Shown piece by piece: positions 23,255 to 34,599 of a stretch of DNA of 64,000 nucleotides. The DNA comes from Moniliella sp. 'wahieum'. Taxonomy: Eukaryota. A program made the position numbers and the translations under genes. The stretch spans positions 62,001 to 126,000 of the forward strand of contig RSEE01000137.1 in assembly GCA_003971905.1 (NCBI GenBank), given 5' to 3'. Numbering within the stretch: position 1 is the stretch's first letter; each line of letters begins with the position of its first letter. The notes under the pieces were generated by a model. It worked only from the letters and a program-made list of their open reading frames with translations. It ran no database searches and was not told where the DNA came from.

Positions 23255-24313
23255 CTAGAGCAGGCCACAGTCGCGCAAGTTGTTGGAGATGATGGTGTCG
23301 TTGACGGCCGACATGACAAACTTGATCTGTTGTGTCGGTGGCACAAGTGTAATGGTGTAGATTGTTGGCTGGGTTTTTGTTGAGACGAACAAACTTGGCA
23401 GTCAAGAATTCGAGGGCGGCGGGTGTAATCGGATCCGCCAGTGTAGTCACTAAAGTAGTTGGCCAGCGGCGACGCCACAATCTTGTCGCGGAAGAGATCG
23501 ACCTTGTTCATAAGAGGATGATGGACGAGTTGAGGAACCAACGCGAGTTGCAAATCGAGTCAAACAGCGTCAAGGCTTCGTGCATGCGATTGACACTGGC
23601 ATCCTCATACAGCGCTTGGTCGTACTCGGAGATGGCAACCAAAAAGAGCAGGGCGGTGACGCCTTCAAAGCAGTGGATCCACTTTTTGCGCTCGGAACGC
23701 TGGCCACCCACATCAAACAGCTTGTAGGTCAGTCGGCCAATCTCAAACTTGGTTTCGGTAATGCCGGTGGTCTTGACGCGGGAGCGGAGCACGTCTTGGT
23801 CCGTTGGCACATAGTTCGGCGCACCGATGCGGGCAATCGCGTCAAAGTAGTAGGGCGCCGAATCGTTGAGCTGGAACTCGCGCGAGCGGGCAAAGCAGCC
23901 CTGGACGCCGGCGTCGTGCCACAGCATGTCGATCGCCTGCGCCAAGGCGGGGGGCAGCGTGCTGGTCTCCATCTGGTCCGGGGCAGCGACGACGATCTGG
24001 GCGGCAGGCACGGTCTGGGGATCGGCGAGCGGCAGGTCCAGCACCTCCATGGCCTCGAGCAGCACCTTCATGCTCTGGACGGTGTTGGAGAAGATGATTT
24101 CCTTGTAGGACGCACGCTCTGGCTCCGAGTAGGGGCCGTGGTGGATGAGCTTCATCTGCTTGAGGACGGTACTCTTGCCGGACTCGCCGGCGCCGAGGAG
24201 CAAGAGCTTGACCTCGTTGCGCTGGGCCAGGCGGTCGGCCTTGAGTTGGGCATCGATCGCGTCGTTGCGGGCAGCGGCGGCGGATTCGTCGGGCGGGAAG
24301 GGGAGCAGCCCAT
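23255..24313 (-). CDS. gpa1: Heterotrimeric G-protein alpha subunit, Gi/Gpa1 class
   Basis: MGCSPS myristoylation/palmitoylation start; KLLLLGAGESGKSTVLKQM; DVLRSRVKTTGI; DVGGQRSERKKWIHCF; NKVD; TCATDT; C-terminus NNLRDCGLL*. No introns seen; several 1-bp indels. Confidence 0.95.
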
Positions 24314-24934
24314 GGCGGGGGCGGGGGTGGGGGTGCTGCCGACGGGCGAGACGATGGGCGGAAGGCGCGCGGCGGGGGCGGCGGCGGCCGTTTCTCGGCC
24401 GAGGGCGGGGGTAAGCGGTGACGGTGACGGGTGGGGACTGGCATAGTGGGGGACGCAATCTCCCATTGTCCCAGCGCACATGGCGGCGGGCATCACCGGT
24501 GCGTGCGGCTGACGGATCGGCAGGGGAAAGATGCAAACGTTCAGCCTCAACTTGCAGTCGGCGGCGGTGGCTTGGCAGTGGCGCGCTCAGCGCTGAGGCT
24601 CAGCCTGAGCGCTCAGCCTCCCTCAGCACAACTGTGCCTGGTGCTTTCACGGCCGTGTGCCCATCCCACCGTGTCGTGGTGGCTGCTGGAGAGCCGCCGA
24701 TGGCCGCTGCTGGTTTGTGGCGGCCGCCGTAGTTGCCCCGGGCACATGTCCATGTGATCGGTCAGAGGACCCCACTGTACTCCTACCGCCTTATCAACAT
24801 CCCTGCCACTCGGCACTGAGATCAGTCACTAGTCACTAGTCACTAGTCACTTGGGCACCAGCATCCCGCGCACTCGCCTCTCGCCTCTCAGCCTCGCCGC
24901 CACCGGTTAGGCTACAGCGTACGCTCGCTGTAGC

Positions 24935-25110
24935 TTGCCTTCACGCCTTGTCTGAAGGTACGCCTCTGCTTCCTTTCTTGACCTGTTGCTCCTCACAATG
25001 AGACGTTGCTTGAAGACTTGTGGCTCACCACTTTGCCTTCACGCCTTGTCTGAAGGCTGCTTTGCAGCTGATCCATAGGATCGCGAGTGCTCCGAAGTCG
25101 CACTCTAGCA
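24935..25110 (+). repeat. Second copy (5'-truncated) of the 7008-7349 element
   Basis: 176-bp match to 7173-7348 with 3 substitutions; ends ACTCTAGCAG|TA; preceded by the hairpin GCTACAGCG-n6-CGCTGTAGC. Confidence 0.9.
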
Positions 25111-25359
25111 GTACGAAGAAAAGAAAAAAAACGCCTCGGCGAATCTTCCTCCTCCTGAAACTTGCAGTGCTTGGCGGGCGGAAGCAGGCGGAAATTCGGG
25201 TGGCGAGGGCAACATGCAAGTTGAAACGACGCGCCTCGTCGGGTGCCTTCCATTTCGTTGGAACCGAATCCTCTGTGCATAATTACACTCTGCCAGCCAG
25301 TGTGGGCAGAAGCGGCCTCGCATCGGAAAAGGCAGTCATTTGCTATTTTAACAAGGACC

Positions 25360-26200
25360 GCGCAACTGGCGCGCTCAGCTGCGGCCACGTCCGGGGATAT
25401 AAGGCGACAATCCCGAGGAGCTCGGAAGGGTCGACTGAGGGTATGTTCGTGCTTTTGGGGTGGTCGTTGAGCTCGAGGGGCTAGGGACTCGGACAGACTT
25501 ATCATCGACGTATAGTAGGGGTGGCTGCTGGTCCGGCAAAAGGCTACCTAAGCACTGCCCTGGGCAGTAGCAATGCGTCTGAAGCCGTTTGTACTCTGGC
25601 TCAGGAGAAAGAGGCAGCGTAGAACCACGTTCAACTTCGACTGGAATGGGAACCGGAATGCGGCTGAGACTGAAAGGTAGGATTTGAAAGCTCCTCCAAT
25701 CACTAGTTACAGGACACCAAGACCGAAGCACAGAGCGGCTGAGGAGCTTGACCTGAGAGATGGGAGGTTCAGAGGCGAAACAGCAGAGAGCGTAGGAGAC
25801 CATAACTATAAGAGGAAAAGGGGTTGCCTCTACTGTATGAATTGACGAAGGAGGTGGAGAGCCAACAGATCGTGGGGGAAACCATTGCATACAAGCAGGA
25901 ATTATATAGGGGAAACAAAATACAGGAGTGGAAGAACGGTGGGACAAATGAGGCGCTGGGGAGCGGAAGAATGATCGTTCCCACGCTACGGTAACAAGAA
26001 AACAGACGGATCAGCTGCGCTGCATCCCCTCCCGGGACGAAACGTAGGTAAGAACGGAAACGATAGACAATGAGTCAAAGGTGCAACTGTTGTGCCAAGC
26101 GTAGCGTCGATGGCCGCGCCGGCGAGAGGACATGGTACCACTTAACTCCACGATTGAGACTAGGTTGGGGCTTAGAGGAGAATGAGCTCAGACCGCTGAT
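25360..26200 (-). mobile_element. Diverged LTR-like element, copy A
   Basis: Collinear blocks shared with copies B and C, e.g. CAATCCC, TCGACT, CTAGGGAC, GTAG(C/T)AA, GTCTGAAGCC, and ACCATTGC.TAC..CAGG...GGGAAACAA..ATACAG.AG.GGAAGAACGG. Boundaries approximate. Confidence 0.55.
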
Positions 26201-26383
26201 AAAGCAGCGGGCCCTCGATCGGATCGGATCCGCAGAGGCCCACAACGTCACTCTGCCTTGCCAAGGCGTATGCTCAGGCCTTTTGTTGGACGGCTTCCGT
26301 GGTCACTCGACTCTATCGCCGAGATGGCATTGCCAACGGATCGGCTAACCCACATAAAACCAGGGAACTCACTGTCGGCATGG

Positions 26384-26900
26384 CTAGGCCAAAAAGCTCT
26401 CTTGCGCGTCTGTGGAAACAGAACATGTCAGGGTGAGAAAGCGAAAAGAGCACGTAGACGAAAAGAGCGCGTAGACTTGCTGGTCATGCTCGTCGCCTGT
26501 GACAACAACTTCCGTCTGAATGACTATGCCTCGTTTTTGTCCTGTTTCCTGTCTGCTTATCTTCAACCGTTGACCTCTAAGTTGAATTCTTTACTGATTC
26601 TTCATCAATCGATCATTGACTACCCAGGGCGACTCCCATCTCCCGAATAGAGTTTTCCAGCACCTGTTCATAGGCACTTTCTTCCACCCTTCCGACATAG
26701 TTGCCTTTTCTTCACACCCTTCAATCTCTTTTGCGATCTTCCAGCTGACATTCGGATGGACATTAGCTGTAGATCTCCCCCTTTTCAGCGACAATGCGGA
26801 GAAGCTACGCTTTACTTTGGGCCTTTCTTGCTTTGACTATTCCCTTTTCTGGCTGAGTATGGGAAGCGTTCATTCCTCTTTTTGTTTGTATAGCAACAGT
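26384..26900 (-). pseudogene. Degenerate Ty3/Gypsy integrase C-terminal (GPY/F-like) relic
   Basis: Minus-strand reading KTLFGRWESPWVV...*RIQLRGQRLKI resembles the KL.xRWxGP(Y/F)xV...NGxRLK motif. Stop-ridden; lies just upstream of LTR copy A in the same orientation. Confidence 0.35.
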
Positions 26901-27614
26901 CTCTTTGCCAATATTGGCCCACGTCTCCCGGCGTGTCAGTTGGACAGCAGAGCTGAATGCGATGAGAGGTGGTCAAAGGCAGGAGGAGGTGGGACTAGGC
27001 CTAGCAGGGAAAAGAAGAAGAGAGAGGGATCATGGAGTCGGGCGCCAGACTAGCCTGGAGACAGATTGAACATGATCGAATCCAGACTCAGCGCTCAGCG
27101 CGGTCAACTCCCATGCGGGAAGCAAGTCAGCATGTGGATTAGAGCCCATCGGCCCTTGGTCCCCCCTGGTTCACAACCAATCTATCTTCTTGACCCATTA
27201 GGGCACACCCCCGCGTTCTGTGCCTAGTTTATCCACGACAACACTGACTAGCTTCCAGTGGTCACCTCTTCATGGTCATACAGCAGACATCTATATTTCC
27301 GTCGATCTTCACCATCTAGTCTCCCCCGTACGGATCCCCCTGTGACCCGCCGAGATGGTGAAGACAAAACATGTCCTACCATCTAGACTGTGTGCCCCTT
27401 CCCCGACAGCACTTCTGGATCACGAGCCACGGACACGCTACGTAGCCTTACCCATTCTCCGGCACATAGCCGTTGCCACGCGAGCTGTGCCTCCCCGATT
27501 AACAGAGTCCTCACCTTGTCTCTAGCCCCACTCGGATCTGTCGATGGTGCTCACAGTTACAATCAACCAATGAGTGGCACATCCTTCTCCAACTAAGTAA
27601 ACCATCCTAAACTA

Positions 27615-27995
27615 TAGGGTAGGGTCCAGTCCAGGGTCCCTGTCCCTTTTTTTTAGTTGGTGGAGGTGATATAAACGCGTACTGAGAAAGGGGACGCTTT
27701 CGCCATTGGCAAAAGCATAAAATGTGTGAAGTAGATTATCGCCAACGGGAATAGCTCACGGCGAACATGATATTGCTTTTTGGCATTCCATCCCTTCTTT
27801 AGGTTGTCAAACTTCATGTTGTTGAACTTATTGTGCAGTTAACGGGGGATGGAGCTGTAAAGTCATAATGTTCACAGCATAGCTCCTAAGAGCTAAATAA
27901 GAACATTGCTATCATTTGCAGTGCCACTCTGGTCGCATGTCACCAGTTAGAGTGTGCAGCACGCGATTCATCCGCACAGCAGAACAGAACTCACC
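27615..27995 (+). mobile_element. hAT-like DNA transposon relic
   Basis: Begins TAGGGTAGGG (hAT-like terminus); 27830-27990 is a diverged copy of 33480-33660; fragmentary GIPS..LS and PLWSHV readings. Confidence 0.3.
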
Positions 27996-28983
27996 CAAAC
28001 CGTGACATCCGCCAGTGTTGTCGAATTTCACAAGAAGTTTGTCGATCATAATCTGTGGGGGACTATGCGCACACTCTCATGGCGGATGAGGTCAGTAAGC
28101 TTGCCCGATGCGCTTCCGCCCCCGTTGTTGTCTCTCCTTTAGTTGCCTGAATGTATGACCATCAAATTTTGGTGGAACTGTGGACTGGCCTCGACCATGC
28201 CCATCATTATGGGAGAATGGGCGTCCACCCTCATCCAGACCGATCACGGGACTGCACTACACAGTAACAAACGAATGAACCTCCCCAATTGATGAGAAAA
28301 AGCAGTCACATACCATATTCCTCAATGGAGACAGTGCAGCCGGCGGTGTCTGTGCATCGGGGAAGAGTTGAATGCGAAGAGAAACGGGAGAGTCCGTGCA
28401 GCGTTAACATTGAAACTCTTCATGCTAGCATTACTGATCTATGGTTGCAGCCACATCTAAAAACCCAGCTTCACAACTTGGAATATGTGGCGGAGACGAT
28501 CTGGTTGGCAATTCTCAAAGTCTTCCATATTCGTGATTATCTAGATGTACGATCGCTCCCAACGGCTTATGTCGACTGTATCCATGCTTTCCTCGAAATC
28601 CTGGTTGTCTTCCATGCAGCTGTAGTCCGCTGAAATCGCTTATTTGTCCGACGTACTGGATATCCCTCGCGCCCTAATGCTGTTGATGATCGGAAACCCT
28701 GTGAACCAGTTGGCTTCCCTAATTGCTGTGGCTATGAATTCTGGAAATTGTTGATATCCCTCGTTATTATCATTGATTTCGGGGGTCCTCCGTGGTGAAT
28801 GAGTAGGTGAACATCATTCATGATGAAGGGCAATAGGACGCTTGATTCCTCTACTCCTGGCCAACCTGTGTTTATTGTTATAGCTGTTTTCCGTTGATGT
28901 GGTGGCGATAGTGTCGGAGGAGATCTGCCCAGCGGTCTGCTATCGGTGAGGAGGGAGATGGTGGACTAAGGAATGAATTACTG

Positions 28984-29732
28984 TGTCGCGGGGGGCGCCG
29001 CCAGGGGGCCCGCCCTGGGGTTTTTGGGGTACAATCCCTTAGGCGACGGTAGGTCGACTCACGGTAGTTTCGGGCTTGGGCTGGTTGGTGAATCCGAGCG
29101 GAGCTAGGGACGAGGAGAGGCCTTTGGTGGGGCGGCTGCACGTGTGGCAAGGCTGCGTCTGCACCGGCTTGGGCCGTAGTAACGTGTCTGAAGCCTCCGG
29201 GACTTAGGGACGGGAGGAGACAGCGGGGGACAAACACTGCCTCAACTGAGACTGGGAATTGACGCGACCAAAGGAGGGTTCGCGCGACTGGACTGACGAA
29301 TGGCTGGAGGATGAGGTCGGAGGAGATGTCGGACGCGAACAAGAGTAGGCTGCCTGTACTGGATCGATTGGCTGGAAAACGGGCAGGGATCGACAGGATA
29401 GGTGGGAAGGGACGAGAGTGGAGACGAGAGGATGACGAGAATGGAAGGTGGGGGAAAGGATCCCCATCAACCAGGGGTACAGGCAGGATCAAAAGGGAAA
29501 CGGATACAAGAGGGGTGTAGAAAGGAAGACACGTCAAAAGCGGGGTGGTCGCCGCAGGCGCGACCGAGAAAGGAAAAGGAAACGGGGACGGGGCGACAGA
29601 CGCTGCCACGGCACTGGAAGCTCGGTGGCCTTATTTAGGCCGGCCGACTTGGACTTGGGCGGGGGGCGACTATTGTCGCACGGAGCATGACCCTTCGGGC
29701 CACGGTACTTAATTTAGCCAACCATCATCACA
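28984..29732 (-). mobile_element. Diverged LTR-like element, copy B (about 750 bp)
   Basis: TG...CA termini (TGTCGCG at 28984, CATCACA ending 29732). On the minus strand a TATA-like TAAATAAGG near 29635 is followed by a pyrimidine-rich tract. Collinear with copies A and C. Confidence 0.6.
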
Positions 29733-32689
29733 CTTGGTTGGCCCGCGTGCACGCACTACTGGACATGTGCGGAGCAGACGGGCCTTAGCTTGGGTTGGAC
29801 CATCTCGTCTCCGCTGCAGCCCGTGACATACTGGGGGCAGAAGTCTCGGGAAGATCTACTCCGGAATAAACCGGAGGCGGAATGGGCTGGGCCGCAGGTG
29901 GCGTCTCACTCAACAGATAGTGGCATACAGGTTATCTGACCCTCTTAATGGACAATGGGCATCGTGGCAATATCAAGCACTAGAAGACCACCGGGCCTAC
30001 GGCCCGGTCAGCTGGGGCTTCGCCCCAGCTTGGTGCTTGGTGCACCGTCGCCACCGTAGCCACCGTTCCCCCGTCGCCACCTTAGCCACCGTTCCACTGT
30101 TCCACGCTGGAGGAATTTTATCACCCATGTGCATGGCTGAGCACGCGGGGGTGGGGTGCGCATTCCGCCCGCGCAAACAAATAGGTAAGCATGACGTAAA
30201 GAAAAAAGGGGGTCTGCGATATAAAAAGGGAGATTACAAGGATTGAATGTTCTTTAGAGTGATCAAGGCCGAACGAGTAATATGTAAATAAAAATCGCCA
30301 AATGGAATAAATACTGCGTTGTCGCTGCTATGAACTGACCCAGAGTGGCTGCGCCACACAGTCTTCAATTTTTGAGCTACCGAATCCGAGGTGATCAAGC
30401 CATACTATTCATTGCCTACCTGGAGCAAACACCTAAGGAACGGCGGTGCTTAAGTGCAATCCTAAGCTGGTCCTGACGGGGACATTGCATTGCAAACGGA
30501 CGGCTGTTAGATTCTAGCTCGTTTTATAACCAAACAGACGCACAGTGTTTGTAAGAAAAATCACCTTTTAGACACAAACGATTTTTTCATTGGCCGTATA
30601 CACACATGTGCTCATGACCATTACCATACACCTCAACCAATTCCTGAGAAAACTGTAGGAATTGGCTGACGTGTAAAGCTTCAGGGCCTGACTAAGCGAG
30701 GATACTGTAGCTGGGCGTGAACTCCGGGGGAGTTAATTCTTTCTTGGCATCCACTTAAGTATGCACATTCGACTGGTGCGCGAAATGCGCTTCGAAAACA
30801 CTGGATACGGACAATGTGCCGCTCAATATCTCCCATTGGATGCAAATACCTTATGTAAGACGGGGGAGCCCAAGGGGTTGGGTGAAGAACCTCTGGAAAT
30901 GTAGAGCAATGTAATCGCGATGGTGCTGGTTCAGGTCGAAGCTTTATGAGAGGAGACTGGGGTTTAAACAAGCCTGCCTATGCACGTGGAGGCTTCGGAG
31001 GTCAAATCGGGGGCGAAGGGTGATGAGGCGCCTTGGCCTATGTACGGCACCGCAGTTCCCAACAACTTCGTTGGGGAGAGTACCTTGTTCTTTTTTGCGT
31101 AGCACAGTCATGATTTACTGTGAATTCAGTTGTAGCCAAATGATGATGATGATGATACCGCCAATAAGATGACTGGTTGAAACCTGTATCAGTGCACAAC
31201 TATTTTGGAAGTTTGTAAGTACTCAAGGCCAGGCTGTACAGCTATCTCTAATCCATAACAGCCTGTTGCCCCAAGATTCGATGCACGGTGAAACCCCTAA
31301 CGGACATACCACTCACCATTTGCATCTGCCATTATATAGGGAAAGAGCGCCCAAACCTGTCATTGAAAAACGGGAGCAATTTTTCTTGAGCAGGAAACAG
31401 TGATCAATCACGGGAGCAGATCATTCGAACAATTATTCCTACCTCCTGAAATCGTTTGGCGCGGTGACGGAAGCGACACCGCCCTTATATCTCCAAAGGA
31501 TTGCCCCTCATTATGTAGCTGCGGATGAAGCGTTAATCGTTTTCCCGCAATACCCAATAATATTTTATGTTGGCTCAAGTTTGCTGTTTGCCACTGCGTC
31601 GAGTAATTCATTAGGGTATCGGCACACATATGAAATACACGATTCCGTCGGGTATCGCTGGCGGAGTGCTTAATATCCCGCTGTTGTTTTGGTGTATCAA
31701 ATCTGTAGCATAACTCGATGTTCATTCCTGCTGTCCTCGGTCGGTCCCTTCTTTGCTCATGTCGTAATTGTTTAGGGCGCTCTTATCGAGCACAGTGTTA
31801 TAATGGTTACGTCTATTGAGTTTTTTGGAAGGGGGGCGCTTTATTGTGTTGAATGCCGCCCGTAAATTTGGCTGACTTCACCCAGACCGAAGGTACTCAC
31901 TCGATCATACCCCTCTATTAACCGTTTTCTTTTTAATTGCCATCTGTTACCCAAACCCATCAGGACACAGTGCACTGCGCAAATGCATATTCCAACAACT
32001 TGCGCGTCCAATTAGCAGTGAAGTGACCACGGTAACCCCAAGCCACGGCACGAGATGACCCAGCATATAGGACCGAATCCGGGTACACTCGCTTATTCAC
32101 TGTCCTCGTAATGCGCGGAGGTGTTGAAAGCCATACCTGTACATACCCACGCTTTTCTCATTGAATTAGGACAGTTATACTCGGTCTTAATAAGTCCCTC
32201 CATCTGATTGTGAAGTTTCCCCGCAAAGAACCCCACACTAACTGTCATAATTTATGGGTATCGGTTTGGTACCACAAACAAAGGATGCTTTCACAGCACA
32301 CGGCAGCAACCCCCGTCCCCTCCTGTGCCACTGACTTTGAAGATGAACATCGTATCTGTATAAAATGATGTCAGTGCAAATATGAGCAGTTTGGGACGAT
32401 GCCGTGCCAATTGTAAATGCCATAACAAATAGCTGTAGCTCAGGTTCCCAGCCAACATCATTTGAATTACATCTTTCAACTCCACTTTAGCTGACATTGA
32501 TTCGTCATTCGATGATGTAAAAAGACCAACTCCGGAAGTTCTTATAATGGTTCTGAACTTCTCCAATTTCTGAGAGCAACTGTGGGGTATGGAATCGCAT
32601 CGACCCCGTTGCCTCTCCATTTCCTCCAGCTCATCTGACATTAACACATGTGGAAATTCACTAGAAACATTGCGCTGACCGCAAGGACC

Positions 32690-33800
32690 TTGAGTCACGT
32701 GAGTCAGTTTTCATTCTAGGCTCGCAATTCTTGTTCTGGACAACTGTCAGTCGCAGAAGCTCGTTAGTCCAATACGACATTCAGGGCTCACATCCTGTGG
32801 TAGTAGTGAGGCCGACATAAGCGTGTGGCGTTGGGCGAGAATGCCATCCTCGTCACACCGTCTGCCGCTATTGAGGAGAGGCAATCATATTCCGATCTGC
32901 ACCTATTCCCCGCACAAACCTATTCCGCAAGAAGTGTAAACGAACCTAAACGAACTGTGTTCCAGCAACATCGTGAAGAGATGGCAGTGTCAAGGAAAAG
33001 AATAAAACTGCAGTTCATGCCAACACATTTCCCACCCGCTTTCTGCAAGATGAACTCGTAATGGACACCCTTTTGGCCGCAGGCAGGGTGGGATGAGGGG
33101 TGAATGAAGTAACAGAAGTGCACAGAACATGAGTAGCCGTGTCGATAAAAAATCCGAGGCTAGCATCCATGACTCCAATGTTGTCAACCCACGCTATTGC
33201 GAGAGCTGTCATGGGCGTACAGGACGCCTTGCCGAATCATGTCAAGACGAGGTGATCCCAGGACAGACATATGTGGGGGGTCGTCTGCACGTAAATTTTA
33301 CTCCATTCTCACATAGTACACTGAAAGGGTAGATCAAAGCATGATGCCCTCTTTGTATTGGCGTCCGTTGCGATATTGCAAGATGTACGAATGGTCGCAG
33401 CTGCTTTGCAAACACTTTTAGACAACGTACTCAATGCTAGCGCGACGTCCTCTCTTTGTGAAGGGAGCAGGGCGTGCAACTATTGCGCAGCTAACAAATG
33501 GGATGGAGGTGGAAAAGTCATAACATTCACTGTGCACAGCTCCCACAAGAGCTATGCTCCCATTCACAGGCCCGAAGGGAAAAGATAAGAACACTGCTGC
33601 TGCAGTGCCACTGGCAGCATGTCACCAATGTAAGACGCAATTAAGCCGCACAACAGCAACCACTCTCGATCTTGCTGCATCACCTCTTGTTCATCACGTT
33701 CTGCGCCTGGGGCACTTGGCATACCATTGAATGGAAGAACAACTAAGTGCGAATGATCCAATGTGGCGGGGGGATATAGCCGGGCTGTAGCGTGTTGAGC
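32690..33800 (+). mobile_element. hAT-like transposase relic, degenerate
   Basis: 32693-32830 is a diverged copy of 34103-34235. Fragments WDGGGKVITFTV and HWQHVTNV...QQPLSI...HVLRLGHLAY resemble the DGW and FW...EPLAI...DxVLLxLG motifs of fungal hAT transposases as recalled; many stops. Confidence 0.35.
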
Positions 33801-34059
33801 CACCGCGTGGCTCGTGCTTTGGCCAAAGTCCCTTCATTCCTCCTCAGGCCTCGGAGTTCCGTTGTTTTCTCTCTCCTGTTTTTCCTTGTTCCGCAGCTTA
33901 GTAGCCCCTGGTGGCGATTCGCTACTTGATGTTCCTCTGTAGTAGGCGTCGGTGTTTGGCTTAGACCACCACCACCACCAGTGCGATTGCATCACCCTCG
34001 AGGACCCTCCGGACTCCAGGTCTCACCGTAGCGCACAGGTGTGTCTCACACTCGCTTGC

Positions 34060-34599
34060 ATGAAGCGTGTTGACATCTGTCCTAGTAGGACCGCGCGGAC
34101 CCCGAGTCACGTAAGTCAGTTTTCATTCCTTCCGAGCTCGCACCAGTCTTCTGGACGAGTCAGTTGCAGAAGCTTCTTCGTCCAATACGCCGTTCAGTGC
34201 TCATTCTGTGGTAGTCGCGAGGCCGACATCGCGTTCGGTACGTTCCGGGTTTTCTGTACGTGGGGGTGAAATCTCGAACCTGCGTGGACGTTTATCGGCG
34301 TGGATCAAAACTTCCATTGTACGCGACGGACGAACGCCTGGCGCGAAAAAATGGTTAAAGTGCAGCGCGGACCTGAAGGCCATGTCCACGCATGCAAGAA
34401 GACAGCTATACGTTCACACTTGTTGGCCTGCGGTAACTGCATACAGGTTCACTTTGCCACTGCCCTAGTTGGTGCATTCCACAGAGTGTGTGTTGGTGTA
34501 CATGTGGGCGGATGCGATGCGCATTTGGCCCAAGCACCGCAGGCACGGGCACAAAAATCAGTCTCATATCAGCTCGGACCACCGTTGGCCACTGCTTTA
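34060..34599 (+). mobile_element. hAT-like transposase N-terminal relic (BED-like zinc finger), abutting LTR copy C
   Basis: GTAAGT intron donor at 34111; QCSFC followed in another frame by RSHLLAC (CxxC...HxxxC); homologous to 32693-32830. Confidence 0.3.

Noticed and set aside
31960..32157. Minus-strand frame ending in a CAAX box (...AFAQCTVS*), resembling a basidiomycete pheromone precursor
   Set aside because: No in-frame ATG after the upstream stop, no repeated peptide units, and it lies within a decayed TE-like region; likely chance.
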